A stretch of 64,000 nucleotides of DNA from the NCBI GenBank assembly GCA_019635215.1, contig JAHBZZ010000010.1, forward strand, positions 29,516 to 93,515, in the 5' to 3' direction. The stretch's first letter is position 1; every line of letters starts with the position of its first letter. The notes below the pieces were generated by a model. That model saw only the letters and a list, made by a program, of their open reading frames with translations. It did no database searches and was not told where the DNA came from. The stretch is from Nitrosomonas sp. (GTDB lineage: Bacteria > Pseudomonadota > Gammaproteobacteria > Burkholderiales > Nitrosomonadaceae). The translations under genes and the position numbers were made by a program. Below, piece after piece: positions 1 to 12,500 of the stretch.

Positions 1-37
1 TCCCGACATTTGGACGATATCCATTACGGTCAATCAT
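1..37 (-). CDS. rppH: RNA pyrophosphohydrolase RppH, 5' end only (runs off the window)
   Basis: Minus strand from ATG at 37 reads MIDRNGYRPNVG, the characteristic RppH/NudH N-terminus; divergent from proS. Confidence 0.8.
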   Translation of the reverse strand, partial: MIDRNGYRPNVG

Positions 38-278
38 GTTAAAGATCCATTTGACCCATTAAAATAATAATATAAATTTTTCCATACTTTTTTATAGCAT
101 TAAAGCACCGATTCAATCGTCATAAACACAAATCAGCTGTTTATCAATGCCCAAATTTTATTTTAACAAACCATTTCCAATTTTAATTATCTCTATTCTT
201 CCGTAAGACTTAACCATACTTAAGCAAAGATTTCAAGGTAGAATTGCATCCCTTCTTTAATCATTGATGGAACCAAGC

Positions 279-1991
279 ATGCGCGTCTCGCAATTTTTCA
301 TTTCGACACTCAAAGAAGCGCCCGCTGAGGCCGAACTTATCAGTCACAAACTGATGCTGCGGGCAGGACTTATTAAACGTCTGGGCAGTGGATTATATAC
401 TTGGATGCCGCTCGGTTTAAGGGTGTTGCGAAAAATAGAACATATCGTCCGCGAAGAAATGGATCACAGCGGCGCTATAGAATTACTCATGCCTGCCATA
501 CAACCTGCTGAACTATGGCAAGAATCGGGGCGATGGGATGTATTTGGACCGCAGATGCTAAAAATAAAAGACCGCCATGAACATGACTTTTGTTTTGGCC
601 CGACACACGAAGAAGTCATCACCGATATTGCGCGTCGCGAAATAAACAGCTACCGACAACTGCCAGTCAATTTTTACCAGATTCAGACAAAATTCCGTGA
701 TGAAATCCGTCCTCGCTTTGGTGTTATGCGCGCACGCGAATTTCTGATGAAAGACGCTTATTCCTTTCATGCGGACACAACCAGTCTGGAAGAAACCTAT
801 CAACTGATGTTCCAAACATACAGTCGCATTTTCACCCGTCTGGGTTTAAATTTTCGCGCAGTCGCCGCTGACACCGGTGCCATTGGCGGCAGCGGTTCGC
901 ACGAATTTCATGTACTGGCGGATTCGGGTGAAGATGCCATCGCATTTTGTTCCCATTCTGATTATGCTGCCAATATTGAACTGGCGACATCACAACCTTC
1001 GGAAGACGCTTCGCAGCAGGAACCGATCAGAGAAATACAGAAAATACACACACCCGACCAGAAGTCCTGTGCTGATGTCGCTGAATTTCTTGGCATTCCA
1101 TTACCGAAGACTGTAAAAACACTGGCTGTAACAGCCAGTGGAAAGCTCTATCTACTACTGCTACGCGGGGATCATCAGTTGAACGAGCTCAAAGTCAGGA
1201 AAATTCCATTTCTCGCTCATTTTGAAATGGCCAGTGAAGATATCATTCTGCGCGACACGGGCACTATTCCGGGTTTTATAGGTCCGCTTGGATTGGATAT
1301 GGAAATCATAGCCGATCCGGTCGTGATGAAAATGCGTAACTTTGCCTGCGGTGCAAATGAGGCGGGATTTCACTATATCAATGTCAATTTTGGCCGCGAT
1401 CTCAAAAAGCCACAACATGTTTTTGATATCCGTAATGTCTGCGCAGGCGATCTTTCTCCGGATGGCAAAGGCACGCTTGAAATCCGCCGGGGTATTGAAG
1501 TCGGGCATATATTCAAATTACATACGAAATATTCGCAACTGATGAAGGCAAGCTATCTAAATGCCACTGGACAACTGCAAAATTTTGAAATGGGGTGTTA
1601 TGGCATCGGTATTTCCCGCATTGTTGCAGCCGCAATAGAGCAAAATCACGATCAGCACGGCATTATTTTTCCAGAAAGCATAGCGCCATTTCGATTAGTC
1701 ATCATTCCCATCGGAATGCACAAAAGTGATCAGGTCAGTAGTGAAACCGAGAGACTTTATCATCTGTTCTTGAACAATGGTATTGAAACCTTGCTTGACG
1801 ATCGCAGCGAGCGTCCCGGCGTCATGTTTGCAGATATGGAACTGATTGGCATACCGCATCGTATCGTGATAAGCGATCGTGGATTAATGCAATCAACCGT
1901 GGAATATAAAGGCCGCAATGATCAAGATGCACAAACAATCCCTCTGCATGAAATCGTTTCGTTTATGATGGCAAAATTATGTACAAATTAA
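279..1991 (+). CDS. proS: Proline--tRNA ligase
   Basis: MRVSQFF start (ORF track begins at 264); motifs [43 protein letters not shown] and the INS editing insertion. Confidence 0.98.
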   Translation: MRVSQFFISTLKEAPAEAELISHKLMLRAGLIKRLGSGLYTWMPLGLRVLRKIEHIVREEMDHSGAIELLMPAIQPAELWQESGRWDVFGPQMLKIKDRHEHDFCFGPTHEEVITDIARREINSYRQLPVNFYQIQTKFRDEIRPRFGVMRAREFLMKDAYSFHADTTSLEETYQLMFQTYSRIFTRLGLNFRAVAADTGAIGGSGSHEFHVLADSGEDAIAFCSHSDYAANIELATSQPSEDASQQEPIREIQKIHTPDQKSCADVAEFLGIPLPKTVKTLAVTASGKLYLLLLRGDHQLNELKVRKIPFLAHFEMASEDIILRDTGTIPGFIGPLGLDMEIIADPVVMKMRNFACGANEAGFHYINVNFGRDLKKPQHVFDIRNVCAGDLSPDGKGTLEIRRGIEVGHIFKLHTKYSQLMKASYLNATGQLQNFEMGCYGIGISRIVAAAIEQNHDQHGIIFPESIAPFRLVIIPIGMHKSDQVSSETERLYHLFLNNGIETLLDDRSERPGVMFADMELIGIPHRIVISDRGLMQSTVEYKGRNDQDAQTIPLHEIVSFMMAKLCTN

Positions 1992-2575
1992 TTCTGTTTT
2001 CTTTCGCACTATCATACGCATTCACGGTGCAGGCTAATACACAGCATTATGAGAGACTGATCGTTAGTACACACACTTTCTCACATACCGTAATCAATGA
2101 CGAAGCCGTTACCTATCAGCAATACGCTAGACTGGCAACCGACAATGACTGGCTGGCGGTTATGAGCGAACGGCTCAAACGGTTCAAACCCGATCAATAT
2201 GAACGTGAGGCTTTTTTGCGCACGGTCTATTATGAAGCAAAACGTGCCGGACTTGATCCGCAACTCGTGCTCAGTGTCATCCAGGTTGAAAGTGGTTTTA
2301 AAAAATATGCCATATCACACGCCGGCGCACGTGGCTACATGCAGATCATGCCGTTCTGGGTTGAAACCATCGGAGACAATAAACACAACCTGTTCCACCT
2401 GCGCGTCAATTTGCGCTATGGCTGCATGATTCTGAGGCATTATCTGGATAAAGAAAATGGCGACTATTTCCGTGCGCTGGGACGCTATAACGGTAGTCTT
2501 GGCCAAGCTTCCTACCCCCAGCTGATTTTCAGTTTATGGTTCGGAACCTGGAGCTACGCAAATAATGCCACCTAA
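1979..2575 (+). CDS. Lytic transglycosylase (SLT domain), exported
   Basis: Signal peptide; IQVES catalytic Glu motif, [10 protein letters not shown] and ALGRYNG; overlaps the proS stop by 13 nt. Confidence 0.9.
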   Translation: MYKLILFSFALSYAFTVQANTQHYERLIVSTHTFSHTVINDEAVTYQQYARLATDNDWLAVMSERLKRFKPDQYEREAFLRTVYYEAKRAGLDPQLVLSVIQVESGFKKYAISHAGARGYMQIMPFWVETIGDNKHNLFHLRVNLRYGCMILRHYLDKENGDYFRALGRYNGSLGQASYPQLIFSLWFGTWSYANNAT

Positions 2576-2601
2576 AAGAAAAAACACCTCATCCTGCCGC
2601 G

Positions 2602-3063
2602 TCATCTGGAATCAATGAATGCTTCGATGCTTTCGCGCGTAACAATACCCAGCTTCCGCGCCGCTGGTTGACCATCCGGATCAAAAAAGTAAGTACTCGG
2701 CAGCATTGAGATATCGTCCAGTTGTGATGCGATACGCCTATTGCCGAGAATCGTCGGATAACTGATAGACATCTTTTCCACAAATTTCATGACTACATTC
2801 GGGTCAGAAAATTCCATCGCCACACCGATCACCATCACATCTTTCCGGCTCTCATACAGTGAAATCAGATCAGGAATTTCCTCCAGACACGGCGGACACC
2901 AGGTAGCCCAAAAATTGACGACCACCCAGCGCCCTTTATAATCCGCCAGCGTATGAATCCTGCCTTGCGTATCCTTAAATTGGAATGCCTCGGCCTGCAA
3001 CACAAACAACAGCAAAGCGAAACCGGCTAGAATCCCGATTCTACGACTGTTCTTTACCGGCAT
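2602..3063 (-). CDS. TlpA/ResA-family thiol:disulfide oxidoreductase
   Basis: N-terminal signal/TM segment; NFWATWCPPC CxxC motif; LPSTYFFD cis-Pro region. Confidence 0.9.
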   Translation of the reverse strand: MPVKNSRRIGILAGFALLLFVLQAEAFQFKDTQGRIHTLADYKGRWVVVNFWATWCPPCLEEIPDLISLYESRKDVMVIGVAMEFSDPNVVMKFVEKMSISYPTILGNRRIASQLDDISMLPSTYFFDPDGQPAARKLGIVTRESIEAFIDSR

Positions 3064-3090
3064 CGATCGTTCTGAAAAATTGTGTCATCG

Positions 3091-4623
3091 TCAAACCTGC
3101 GGGTGCTCTCTTTCCAGCTTACTATGCAATTTATTCAATGCACTTAAATAAGCTTTCGCAGACGCCACAACAATATCCGTATCAGCACCATGACCGTTAA
3201 CGATACGGCCGGATTTCTGCAGACGCACGGTCACTTCACCTTGAGCATCTGTACCGCTGGTTATATTATTCACGGAAAATAACTGCAATTCGGCGCCACT
3301 GGCCAGTAATTTCTCAATTGCACGGAAAGTGGCGTCGACAGGACCGCTACCCTCAGATTCGGCATGCAGTTCATTGCCATCATCGGATATCACCAATTTG
3401 GCATACGGAATCTCACCCGTTTCGCAATGAATAATAAGCGACAATAAGCGATACCGCTCCTGAAGCACCAGAGCTTCATCGGATACCAGCGCATGCAAAT
3501 CTTCATCGAAAATTTCATGTTTCTTATCCGCCAGTTCTTTAAAACGCAAAAACATATTATTGAGCATTTCTTCCGATTCAAATTCGATGCCCAGCTCTTT
3601 CAACCGACTGCGGAAAGCATTACGTCCCGAATGTTTACCCAGCAATAATTTATTGGCCCCCCATCCCACATCTTCTGCGCGCATTATTTCGTAAGTCTCA
3701 CGGTGCTTCAGTACGCCATCCTGATGGATTCCTGATTCATGTGCAAATGCATTTGCGCCCACGATTGCCTTATTCGGCTGCACCGGAAAACCTGTTATCC
3801 CCGATACCAGCTTACTGGCAGGAACAATCTGCTTCGTGTCTATTTTTGTATCGCAGAGGAAATAATCCTGCCGGGTTCGTACAGCCATGACCACTTCCTC
3901 CAAAGAAGCATTTCCGGCTCTCTCTCCAAGTCCATTAATCGTACATTCGACCTGACGTGCGCCATGGGTAACCGCCGAAAGTGAATTCGCAACCGCCAGT
4001 CCCAGATCATTATGACAATGAACTGAAAATACCACCTTATCCGAATTGGGGATACGCTCGCGGAGAATCCGGATTAAATTGCCGAACTGTTCCGGCATTG
4101 TGTAACCCACCGTATCCGGAATATTCACAGTAGTGGCTCCCGCGTCTATGACTTTCTCGATAATCCGGCATAAGAAACCTATCTCGGAACGCCCCGCGTC
4201 CTCCGGAGAAAAATCAATATCATCCGTATATTCGCGCGCCCATTTTACCGCTTTAATCGCCTGTTCAATGACCTGTTCAGGCGACATGCGCAATTTGTTT
4301 TTCATGTGAATGGGCGAAGTGGCGATGAACGTATGTATGCGTGCAGCGCCCGTTCCCTTGAGCGCTTCACCGGCGCGTCTGATGTCTGACTCAATTGCGC
4401 GTGCGAGACCGCAGACTATACTGTCTTTAACAGACTCAGCAACAGCCCTGACTGCCTCGAAATCACCATTCGAAGCGGCAGGAAATCCCGCCTCAATCAC
4501 ATCGACCCCCATCCGCTCCAGCTGCCAGGCAATGCGAAGTTTCTCTTCTTTCGTCATGGATGCGCCAGGACTCTGTTCACCATCACGCAAAGTCGTATCA
4601 AAAATAATCAAATGTTCCTGCAT
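3091..4623 (-). CDS. leuA: 2-isopropylmalate synthase
   Basis: [25 protein letters not shown] and HESGIHQDG motifs, plus the C-terminal regulatory domain (GSGPVDA). Confidence 0.98.
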   Translation of the reverse strand: MQEHLIIFDTTLRDGEQSPGASMTKEEKLRIAWQLERMGVDVIEAGFPAASNGDFEAVRAVAESVKDSIVCGLARAIESDIRRAGEALKGTGAARIHTFIATSPIHMKNKLRMSPEQVIEQAIKAVKWAREYTDDIDFSPEDAGRSEIGFLCRIIEKVIDAGATTVNIPDTVGYTMPEQFGNLIRILRERIPNSDKVVFSVHCHNDLGLAVANSLSAVTHGARQVECTINGLGERAGNASLEEVVMAVRTRQDYFLCDTKIDTKQIVPASKLVSGITGFPVQPNKAIVGANAFAHESGIHQDGVLKHRETYEIMRAEDVGWGANKLLLGKHSGRNAFRSRLKELGIEFESEEMLNNMFLRFKELADKKHEIFDEDLHALVSDEALVLQERYRLLSLIIHCETGEIPYAKLVISDDGNELHAESEGSGPVDATFRAIEKLLASGAELQLFSVNNITSGTDAQGEVTVRLQKSGRIVNGHGADTDIVVASAKAYLSALNKLHSKLEREHPQV

Positions 4624-4661
4624 TTATACTCTCCACATAGGGAAGAAAATTAAATCGTGAC

Positions 4662-4682
4662 AAAATCCGTAAATCGGATTTT
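4662..4682 (-). terminator. Hairpin AAAATCCG-N5-CGGATTTT between the leader ORF and leuA (possible attenuator terminator)
   Basis: Perfect 8-bp inverted repeat; short stem with a weak U-tract. Confidence 0.35.
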
Positions 4683-4709
4683 ATTTTAGAAAAAAATAGA
4701 GATACGATC

Positions 4710-4802
4710 TTATACTGTGCGCACGCGGCGCAGCAGACGCCCTGTCAGCAACCATGGCGTATAAAGATGAAATGACGTGATTAAAGAAACATGAATAATC
4801 AT
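4710..4802 (-). promoter_or_regulatory. Candidate leuA leader peptide (30 aa, MIIHVSLITSFHLYTPWLLTGRLLRRVRTV)
   Basis: Short ORF ending 86 nt upstream of leuA; 6 Leu codons including two tandem LL pairs; followed by the hairpin at 4662-4682. Confidence 0.5.
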
Positions 4803-4856
4803 AGTGCAAGAATATAATTATTTTTTTTCTTTTATGCAACAGATTTGGTTTGAGTT

Positions 4857-5654
4857 TTACTCTATACCAGTTTCGCTTTTCTTTCTATTTCTGAAAAAGC
4901 GCCACAATTTTATGAGATATCCGGAAGAAGCATATCCCGCAAAAAGACAAAACAGTACAACCGGCGGATGACTTGGAATCAGCACAAAAAAGAACATAAC
5001 CAATAATAAAATCGTGACAAACGGCACCCTTCTGCGCAGATTGATTTCTTTGCCGCTATAAAAAGGAATGTTACTGACCATAGTCAATCCGGCAAAAAGC
5101 GTAATGATCAAAGCCAACCACTGAATATCATTACCCGCCACATTAAAGTCCAGCGCCACCCACACCAGGCCTGCAATCAGCGCAGCGGCTGCGGGACTGG
5201 GCAATCCCTGAAAAAAACGCTTATCGATGACGTCAATGTTGGTATTAAAGCGCGCCAGTCGCAACGCGGCACATGCGCAATAAATAAACGCGGCAATCCA
5301 TCCCCACTGCCCCATTTCCTTCAACGCCCATTCATACATAATCAACGCAGGAGCCACACCGAATGACACCATATCAGACATACTGTCATATTCGGCGCCA
5401 AACTCGCTTTGTGTATCTGTCAATCGTGCGACACGACCATCCAGGCCATCAAGCACCATAGCAATTAGTATGGCGATTGCTGCGTGCTCAAAATTAGCGT
5501 GTATGGCCTGAATAATCGCATAAAACCCTGCAAATAACGCAGCGGTTGTAAATAGGTTAGGCAACAGATATATGCCACGACGACGCAGACGAAATTGATT
5601 GACAGCACCATCCGGCTGTTCGGCAGGGTCTGGATGTGTATCAGGCATAGACAA
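4857..5654 (-). CDS. pssA: CDP-diacylglycerol--serine O-phosphatidyltransferase
   Basis: LPNLFT start; DGLDGRVAR...G...DSMSDMVSFG CDP-alcohol phosphotransferase motif; multiple TM segments. Confidence 0.95.
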   Translation of the reverse strand: MSMPDTHPDPAEQPDGAVNQFRLRRRGIYLLPNLFTTAALFAGFYAIIQAIHANFEHAAIAILIAMVLDGLDGRVARLTDTQSEFGAEYDSMSDMVSFGVAPALIMYEWALKEMGQWGWIAAFIYCACAALRLARFNTNIDVIDKRFFQGLPSPAAAALIAGLVWVALDFNVAGNDIQWLALIITLFAGLTMVSNIPFYSGKEINLRRRVPFVTILLLVMFFFVLIPSHPPVVLFCLFAGYASSGYLIKLWRFFRNRKKSETGIE

Positions 5655-5690
5655 TACAAGTTTTCAACATGCTTTGGTGACTAAACTACA

Positions 5691-6338
5691 TTATTCTCTA
5701 AATTCAGCAAGCACTGTTGTCGTTGCACGCACTTTATCACCGATATTGACATTGATCTTGGTATCCAGTGGAAGATAGACATCGACACGCGAACCAAAAC
5801 GGATAAAGCCAAACCGCTGACCACGTGAAAGATGATCGCCCGGCGATGTACTGCAAACAATACGCTTGGCAATCAACCCGGCAACCTGAACACAGGTCAC
5901 ATCCGCACCATTATCCGCCTTAATCCACAAGGCATTACGCTCATTCTCCAAAGATGCTTTAGGCAAATCCGCGTTGATGAACTTACCCGGGAAATACCAT
6001 TTATCACGCACCTCGCCATCAATCGGGCTTCGATTGGAATGCACATTAAAGACATTCATAAAAACACTGACTTTAATTGCTTCCCGCTTCAGGTAGGGAT
6101 CCTCTACCTTTTCGACAGCCACAATTCTGCCGTCTGCCGGTGACAAAACGGCATTGGGTATCACAGGCACTTCGCGCGGCGGATCACGAAAAAACTGCAA
6201 TACAAAGACGGCGACAATCCAGAAAAACAATGCCCAGGTAAAACCAGCAAAATAATGAACCAGCAAGGCCATCGCGAATGTTATCGCGATGAAAGGCCAA
6301 CCTTCTTTAGCAATCAGAGGATGCGGATAGTGAGTCAT
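5691..6338 (-). CDS. psd: Phosphatidylserine decarboxylase proenzyme
   Basis: [18 protein letters not shown] and RFGSRVD (GS autocleavage site) motifs. Confidence 0.95.
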   Translation of the reverse strand: MTHYPHPLIAKEGWPFIAITFAMALLVHYFAGFTWALFFWIVAVFVLQFFRDPPREVPVIPNAVLSPADGRIVAVEKVEDPYLKREAIKVSVFMNVFNVHSNRSPIDGEVRDKWYFPGKFINADLPKASLENERNALWIKADNGADVTCVQVAGLIAKRIVCSTSPGDHLSRGQRFGFIRFGSRVDVYLPLDTKINVNIGDKVRATTTVLAEFRE

Positions 6339-6393
6339 AAAAAGTCTTCAAAAACCAAAAAATTCAATAACAAAATAATAATCGAATTGCATG

Positions 6394-7419
<1,026 letters not shown>

Positions 7420-7495
7420 TTATACGCAATTTGAAACGGAAAGAAACGCTTCTTTCCCACTCCTAAAACTCAAGACCTCAATTCCGAATTGGTGA

Positions 7496-7987
7496 TTATA
7501 CCTTCAAAACCCAGTCCCCACGTCCGATACCTGAAGCGCCTGTACGAACCGTCTCCAGGACAGTACTGCCGTCAATGTTATCCAGAAACGCGTCCAGTTT
7601 CGAACTCGTTCCTGTCAGTTCTATCGTATAGGACTTGTCCGTAACATCAATAATCGAACCACGGAAAATATCCACCAAACGCTTTATTTCGTCGCGATCC
7701 GGACCTAATGCCTTTATCTTAACCAACATCAGCTCCCGCTCAATATGATCGCCATTAATCAGATCAATTACTTTCACGACTTCAATCAGCTTATTCAATT
7801 GCTTGGTCACCTGTTCGATCACCTCGTCCGAACCCGTTGTCACTAAAGTCATCCGTGACAATGTGGGATCCTCTGTCGGCGCAACTGAAAGAGATTCAAT
7901 ATTGTAACCGCGCGCAGAGAATAAACCCGCCACACGGGATAGCGCACCCGCCTCGTTTTCCATCAACAGTGAAATAATATGTCGCAT
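7496..7987 (-). CDS. ilvH: Acetolactate synthase small (regulatory) subunit
   Basis: ENEAGALSRVAGLFSARGYNIESL ACT domain; ERELML and VRTG motifs. Confidence 0.96.
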   Translation of the reverse strand: MRHIISLLMENEAGALSRVAGLFSARGYNIESLSVAPTEDPTLSRMTLVTTGSDEVIEQVTKQLNKLIEVVKVIDLINGDHIERELMLVKIKALGPDRDEIKRLVDIFRGSIIDVTDKSYTIELTGTSSKLDAFLDNIDGSTVLETVRTGASGIGRGDWVLKV

Positions 7988-7992
7988 TTCTT

Positions 7993-9696
7993 TTATACCA
8001 GAATCATTTCGGAAAGGCCTTTACCGCCAGGTACCATCGGAAAAACGTTTTCCGTCTGGTCAGTCAGAAAATCAAGGAACACCAACCGATCTTTCAGTTT
8101 AAATGCTTCTTTCAACGCGCCCTCAATGTCCTCAGGCCGCTCGATTCTCATGCCCACATGACCATAGCTCTCGGCAAGCTTGATGAAATCGGGCAGCGCA
8201 TCCATATAGGATTCCGAATAGCGGTTACCATGAAAAAACTCCTGCCATTGCCTGACCATACCCATGTAACGATTATTCAAATTCACAATCTTCAACGGCA
8301 GTTTATATTGTTTGCATGTGGACAATTCCTGTATGCACATCTGTATACTGGCTTCACCCGTAACACAAGCCACTTTCGCTCTGGGATTGGCAAGCTGCAC
8401 ACCCATCGCTGCGGGCATGCCAAATCCCATGGTGCCCAGCCCGCCCGAATTAATCCAACGCCGCGGTTTGTCAAACTTATAAAACTGCGCAGCCCACATC
8501 TGATGCTGCCCGACGTCCGAAGTAACGAATGCATCACCTTTGGTCACTTCATACAGTTTCTCGACAACCATTTGTGGCTTGATAATACTGCTTGCCCTGT
8601 CATACTTGAGACAATCGCGCGCGCGCCACAGGTCGATTTGATTCCACCATTCACGCAGCGCATTCTGGTCAGGCTCTTCTTTCACGCTCTTCAGCAACCG
8701 GATCAATTCTTTCAAGACATCAGGTACATTTCCGACAATGGGAATATCCACCTTGACACGTTTTGAAATTGACGAGGGATCGATATCAATATGAATGATT
8801 TTCCGGTTTTCATTGGAAAAATGCTTGGGATTACCGATAACGCGATCATCAAAACGCGCTCCCACCGCTATCAGCACATCGCAATACTGCATGGCCATAT
8901 TCGCTTCATACGTGCCATGCATGCCCAGCATGCCAATAAATTGCTCGTCCGTAGCCGGAAAACCGCCCAGCCCCATCAGGGTGTTAGTACAAGGATAATT
9001 GAGCATTTTGGTTAACTCAGTCAGCAGCTTGGCCGCATCACTGAGAATAACCCCGCCCCCGGTATACACAACCGGTCTTTTTGCACTCAATATCAGATCG
9101 ACGGCTTTCTTAATCTGCTTCGCATTGCCTTTTACAACCGGATTATATGACCGCATCGACACCTTATCTGGATAATCAAACACGGCTTTTTGTTGTGTCA
9201 CATCCTTGGGAATATCAACGAGTACCGGGCCCGGACGGCCTGTAGATGCAATATAAAACGCTTTTTTCATGGTTATAGCCAGCTCGTTGATATCGCTGAC
9301 CAGAAAATTATGTTTCACGCAGGGCCGGGTTATACCAACGGTATCCACTTCCTGAAAGGCATCCAATCCTATCGCGCTCGTCGGCACCTGCCCACTGATA
9401 ATCACCAGCGGTATGGAATCCATATACGCCGTAGCAATGCCGGTAACGGCATTCGTCACACCCGGTCCCGATGTAACAAGCGCCACGCCCACCTTATTGC
9501 TGGAACGCGCGTAACCATCCGCAGCGTGTACTGCAGCCTGCTCATGCCTGACCAGAATATGTCTTACTTTGTCTTGTTTGAACAATTCATCATAGATAAA
9601 AAGTACCGCGCCACCGGGATAGCCAAAAATACATTCAACGCCCTCTTCTTGCAGGCAACGTATCGTTATTTCCGCACCGGTTAATTCCACACTCAT
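7993..9696 (-). CDS. ilvI: Acetolactate synthase large subunit
   Basis: FGYPGGA, RHEQ, TSGPG, GMLGMHG, DVGQHQM and GGLGTMG motifs; TPP motif region GEASIQM...NN. Confidence 0.97.
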   Translation of the reverse strand: MSVELTGAEITIRCLQEEGVECIFGYPGGAVLFIYDELFKQDKVRHILVRHEQAAVHAADGYARSSNKVGVALVTSGPGVTNAVTGIATAYMDSIPLVIISGQVPTSAIGLDAFQEVDTVGITRPCVKHNFLVSDINELAITMKKAFYIASTGRPGPVLVDIPKDVTQQKAVFDYPDKVSMRSYNPVVKGNAKQIKKAVDLILSAKRPVVYTGGGVILSDAAKLLTELTKMLNYPCTNTLMGLGGFPATDEQFIGMLGMHGTYEANMAMQYCDVLIAVGARFDDRVIGNPKHFSNENRKIIHIDIDPSSISKRVKVDIPIVGNVPDVLKELIRLLKSVKEEPDQNALREWWNQIDLWRARDCLKYDRASSIIKPQMVVEKLYEVTKGDAFVTSDVGQHQMWAAQFYKFDKPRRWINSGGLGTMGFGMPAAMGVQLANPRAKVACVTGEASIQMCIQELSTCKQYKLPLKIVNLNNRYMGMVRQWQEFFHGNRYSESYMDALPDFIKLAESYGHVGMRIERPEDIEGALKEAFKLKDRLVFLDFLTDQTENVFPMVPGGKGLSEMILV

Positions 9697-9837
9697 GCTT
9701 TCTGCATCCCAAATTTAAAATAATCACTAAAAATTTCAAACAATCATCTTTTCCGGAACGACGAATCGATGCCGCTATACTTTGCACAGTCATTATTACC
9801 CATCAATTCAAATCACCCTTTGTAACGTTTGAACCGC

Positions 9838-11322
9838 TTACGCGCTTCCCGTACCGCCCACGGTCAGCTCTTCAATGCGTAAGGTAGGCTGACCCACACC
9901 TACCGGCACGCTCTGTCCATCTTTGCCACAGGTACCAACCCCGGAATCCAGCGTCATATCATTGCCGATCATGGAAACGCGCGTCAGCACATCCGGCCCG
10001 TTGCCAATCAATGTAGCACCCTTGACCGGATAAGTGATCTTACCATTTTCTATCCGGTAGGCTTCTGCGGCTGAAAAAACAAATTTACCATTGGTGATAT
10101 CGACCTGACCGCCGCCGAAATTCGCCGCATAGAGCCCATTCTTAACCGATGCGATAATTTCGGCAGGGTCTTTATCGCCATTCAGCATATACGTATTGGT
10201 CATACGCGGCATGGGTATATGCGCAAACGATTCCCGCCGCCCGTTTCCTGTCAAGGGCACATTCATCAAACGCGCATTCAGACTATCCTGCATATAGCCT
10301 CTTAGAATGCCATCTTCGATGAGCGTCGTACATTGCGTTGGATTACCTTCATCATCAATGTTCAGAGAACCACGCCGCTTGGCCAGGGTGCCATCATCGA
10401 CAACCGTGACACCCGGCGCCGCAACACGTTGATCTATCCGTCCGGAGAACGCCGAGCTACCCTTACGGTTGAAATCGCCCTCCAACCCGTGTCCGATCGC
10501 TTCGTGCAATAAAATTCCCGGCCAGCCATTACCGAGTACAACCGTCATGGCTCCGGCAGGCGCAGGACGCGCATCCAGATTGGTCACAGCCTGCTGTACA
10601 GCTTTAGCCGCATAATCCTGTAAAACCGCTTCAGTAAAATAGGCATAATCAAAACGTCCGCCACCGCCCGCGACACCTTGTTCACGACGCCCGTTTTCCG
10701 CTGCAATGACTTGTACCGACACCCGCACCAGCGGCCTGACATCCGCTGCCAGCAGACCATCACTGCGCATCACCAGAATCACTTCATATTCTCCCGCCAG
10801 CGAGGCCATCACTTGAATCACGCGCGGATCAAGCTTGCGTGCATAACTTTCGAGCTTTTCCAATAACAGCACCTTTTCCGTATCCTGCAAGCTTGCGATA
10901 GGATCTTCAGGTAAATAAAGCAACGGCGCGTGCTGAATCTGTGCATTTGCAGCCACCTGAACAGATTGACTGCCCCCTTGACTCGAAATCGCACGGGTTG
11001 CCTTTGCGGCCGATTCCAGCGCCGCCATACTAATATCGTCTGAATAGGCGAAAGCCGTTTTATCGCCGCTGATCGCACGCACACCGACACCCTGCTCGAT
11101 ATTAAAACTGCCTGATTTGACGATACCTTCTTCCAGCATCCAGCCTTCTGAACGGCTGTATTGAAAATACATATCCGCATAATCGATTTTATGCGCCAGA
11201 ATCTGATCCAGAACCTGCTGCAGTCCTGACGCATCGATATTGTAGGGCGACAATAAGCAGCGATCAGCTATTCCATAATAATCAACAGCTTTATTTGTCT
11301 GATAGCGGGATTCTGTAATCAT
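9838..11322 (-). CDS. tldD: Metalloprotease TldD
   Basis: [13 protein letters not shown] zinc motif; PMPRMTNT and [16 protein letters not shown] motifs. Confidence 0.96.
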   Translation of the reverse strand: MITESRYQTNKAVDYYGIADRCLLSPYNIDASGLQQVLDQILAHKIDYADMYFQYSRSEGWMLEEGIVKSGSFNIEQGVGVRAISGDKTAFAYSDDISMAALESAAKATRAISSQGGSQSVQVAANAQIQHAPLLYLPEDPIASLQDTEKVLLLEKLESYARKLDPRVIQVMASLAGEYEVILVMRSDGLLAADVRPLVRVSVQVIAAENGRREQGVAGGGGRFDYAYFTEAVLQDYAAKAVQQAVTNLDARPAPAGAMTVVLGNGWPGILLHEAIGHGLEGDFNRKGSSAFSGRIDQRVAAPGVTVVDDGTLAKRRGSLNIDDEGNPTQCTTLIEDGILRGYMQDSLNARLMNVPLTGNGRRESFAHIPMPRMTNTYMLNGDKDPAEIIASVKNGLYAANFGGGQVDITNGKFVFSAAEAYRIENGKITYPVKGATLIGNGPDVLTRVSMIGNDMTLDSGVGTCGKDGQSVPVGVGQPTLRIEELTVGGTGSA

Positions 11323-11406
11323 AGTCAGAGGATATTATTAAAGCCAAAAAACGATTGGTCGGTTAGCAAAAAATTATAAACCATAGCGAGCGTCTTAACC
11401 GCCGCA

Positions 11407-12228
11407 TTACAGCCGGCGGTGCTTCAAAGCCGGCAGACTGGTGCGCACCCGCTTCAGATACTTTGGATCAATCTCGGCAACCACCGCGTCTGATCCGCGC
11501 GGCAGACGTTTCAGCACAACGCCCCACGGATCCACGATCATGCTGTCTCCATGCGTTTCACGCCCATTGACATGATAGCCGCCCTGTGCCGGTGCTATGA
11601 CATAAGCCTGATTTTCAATGGCGCGCGCGCGGACGAGAATCTCCCAGTGCGCTTTGCCGGTTACCGCAGTAAATGCCGCCGGTGCAAGTATAATGTCTAC
11701 ATTATCCATCTTGCGGTATAACTCGGGGAAACGCAGATCATAACAAATGGAAAGCCCGATGCGCCCAAAAGGGGAATCGCATGCCACAACCGCATCGCCC
11801 GCCTGGATCGTTTTTTCCTCGGCATAGCGCTCATGCTCCATACTCAGTCCGAACAAATGGATCTTGTCGTAGCGCGCAACCTGATTGCCGGTATCCGAGT
11901 ATACCAGACAGCTATTATAGACCTTATTCGGATCAGGGGATGCCAACGGAACCGATCCGCCGACCAGCCAAACACCGAGGCGCTTAGCCGTTTCACTGAG
12001 AAAATCCTGGATCGGACCCTTTCCGGGTTGTTCCATGGCAGCCAGTTTGTCCGTATCCTTCATTCCCATGATACAAAAGTATTCCGGCAACACGACAAGC
12101 CTGGCATGCTGTGAAACCGCGTCTTCAATATGGCGCGCCGCTTCTTCCAGATTAGCATCCACAGTCGGTCCGGACGCCATCTGTATGGCCGCAACACGAA
12201 AACAGCACGCATTATTTTCTTCAGGCAT
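11407..12228 (-). CDS. Carbon-nitrogen hydrolase (Nit/deaminated glutathione amidase family)
   Basis: E-K-C triad in LPEYF, YDKIHLF and ICYDLRFPE; RARAIEN motif. Confidence 0.92.
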   Translation of the reverse strand: MPEENNACCFRVAAIQMASGPTVDANLEEAARHIEDAVSQHARLVVLPEYFCIMGMKDTDKLAAMEQPGKGPIQDFLSETAKRLGVWLVGGSVPLASPDPNKVYNSCLVYSDTGNQVARYDKIHLFGLSMEHERYAEEKTIQAGDAVVACDSPFGRIGLSICYDLRFPELYRKMDNVDIILAPAAFTAVTGKAHWEILVRARAIENQAYVIAPAQGGYHVNGRETHGDSMIVDPWGVVLKRLPRGSDAVVAEIDPKYLKRVRTSLPALKHRRL

Positions 12229-12500
12229 CTCTCTTTAAACTCTTAAACTCGTTTAGCTATAATAATCAGTTCGATGAATCGACATGACGCAAAGCATTAT
12301 TCATTAATTACATAGTCATAAAATACTCAGAGCCCGGTAAAGCTTACTGAAATATTCATGAAAAAAGCGATCAATATATCAAATCAGGCATTTTAGCATT
12401 TAACACTGCCTTGATTCTATTTTCAATGACTATATATCTGCTTCAATTTCTGTCAGTATAGAACCAATCCGTTATTCACCGTCACCGCCTGGAATGTTCC

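Noticed and set aside
9636-9793. Minus-strand ORF upstream of ilvI containing LKFLVIILNL (possible ilv leader peptide)
   Set aside because: It overlaps the ilvI start out of frame, no terminator hairpin is visible, and AT-rich DNA yields Leu/Ile codons by chance.
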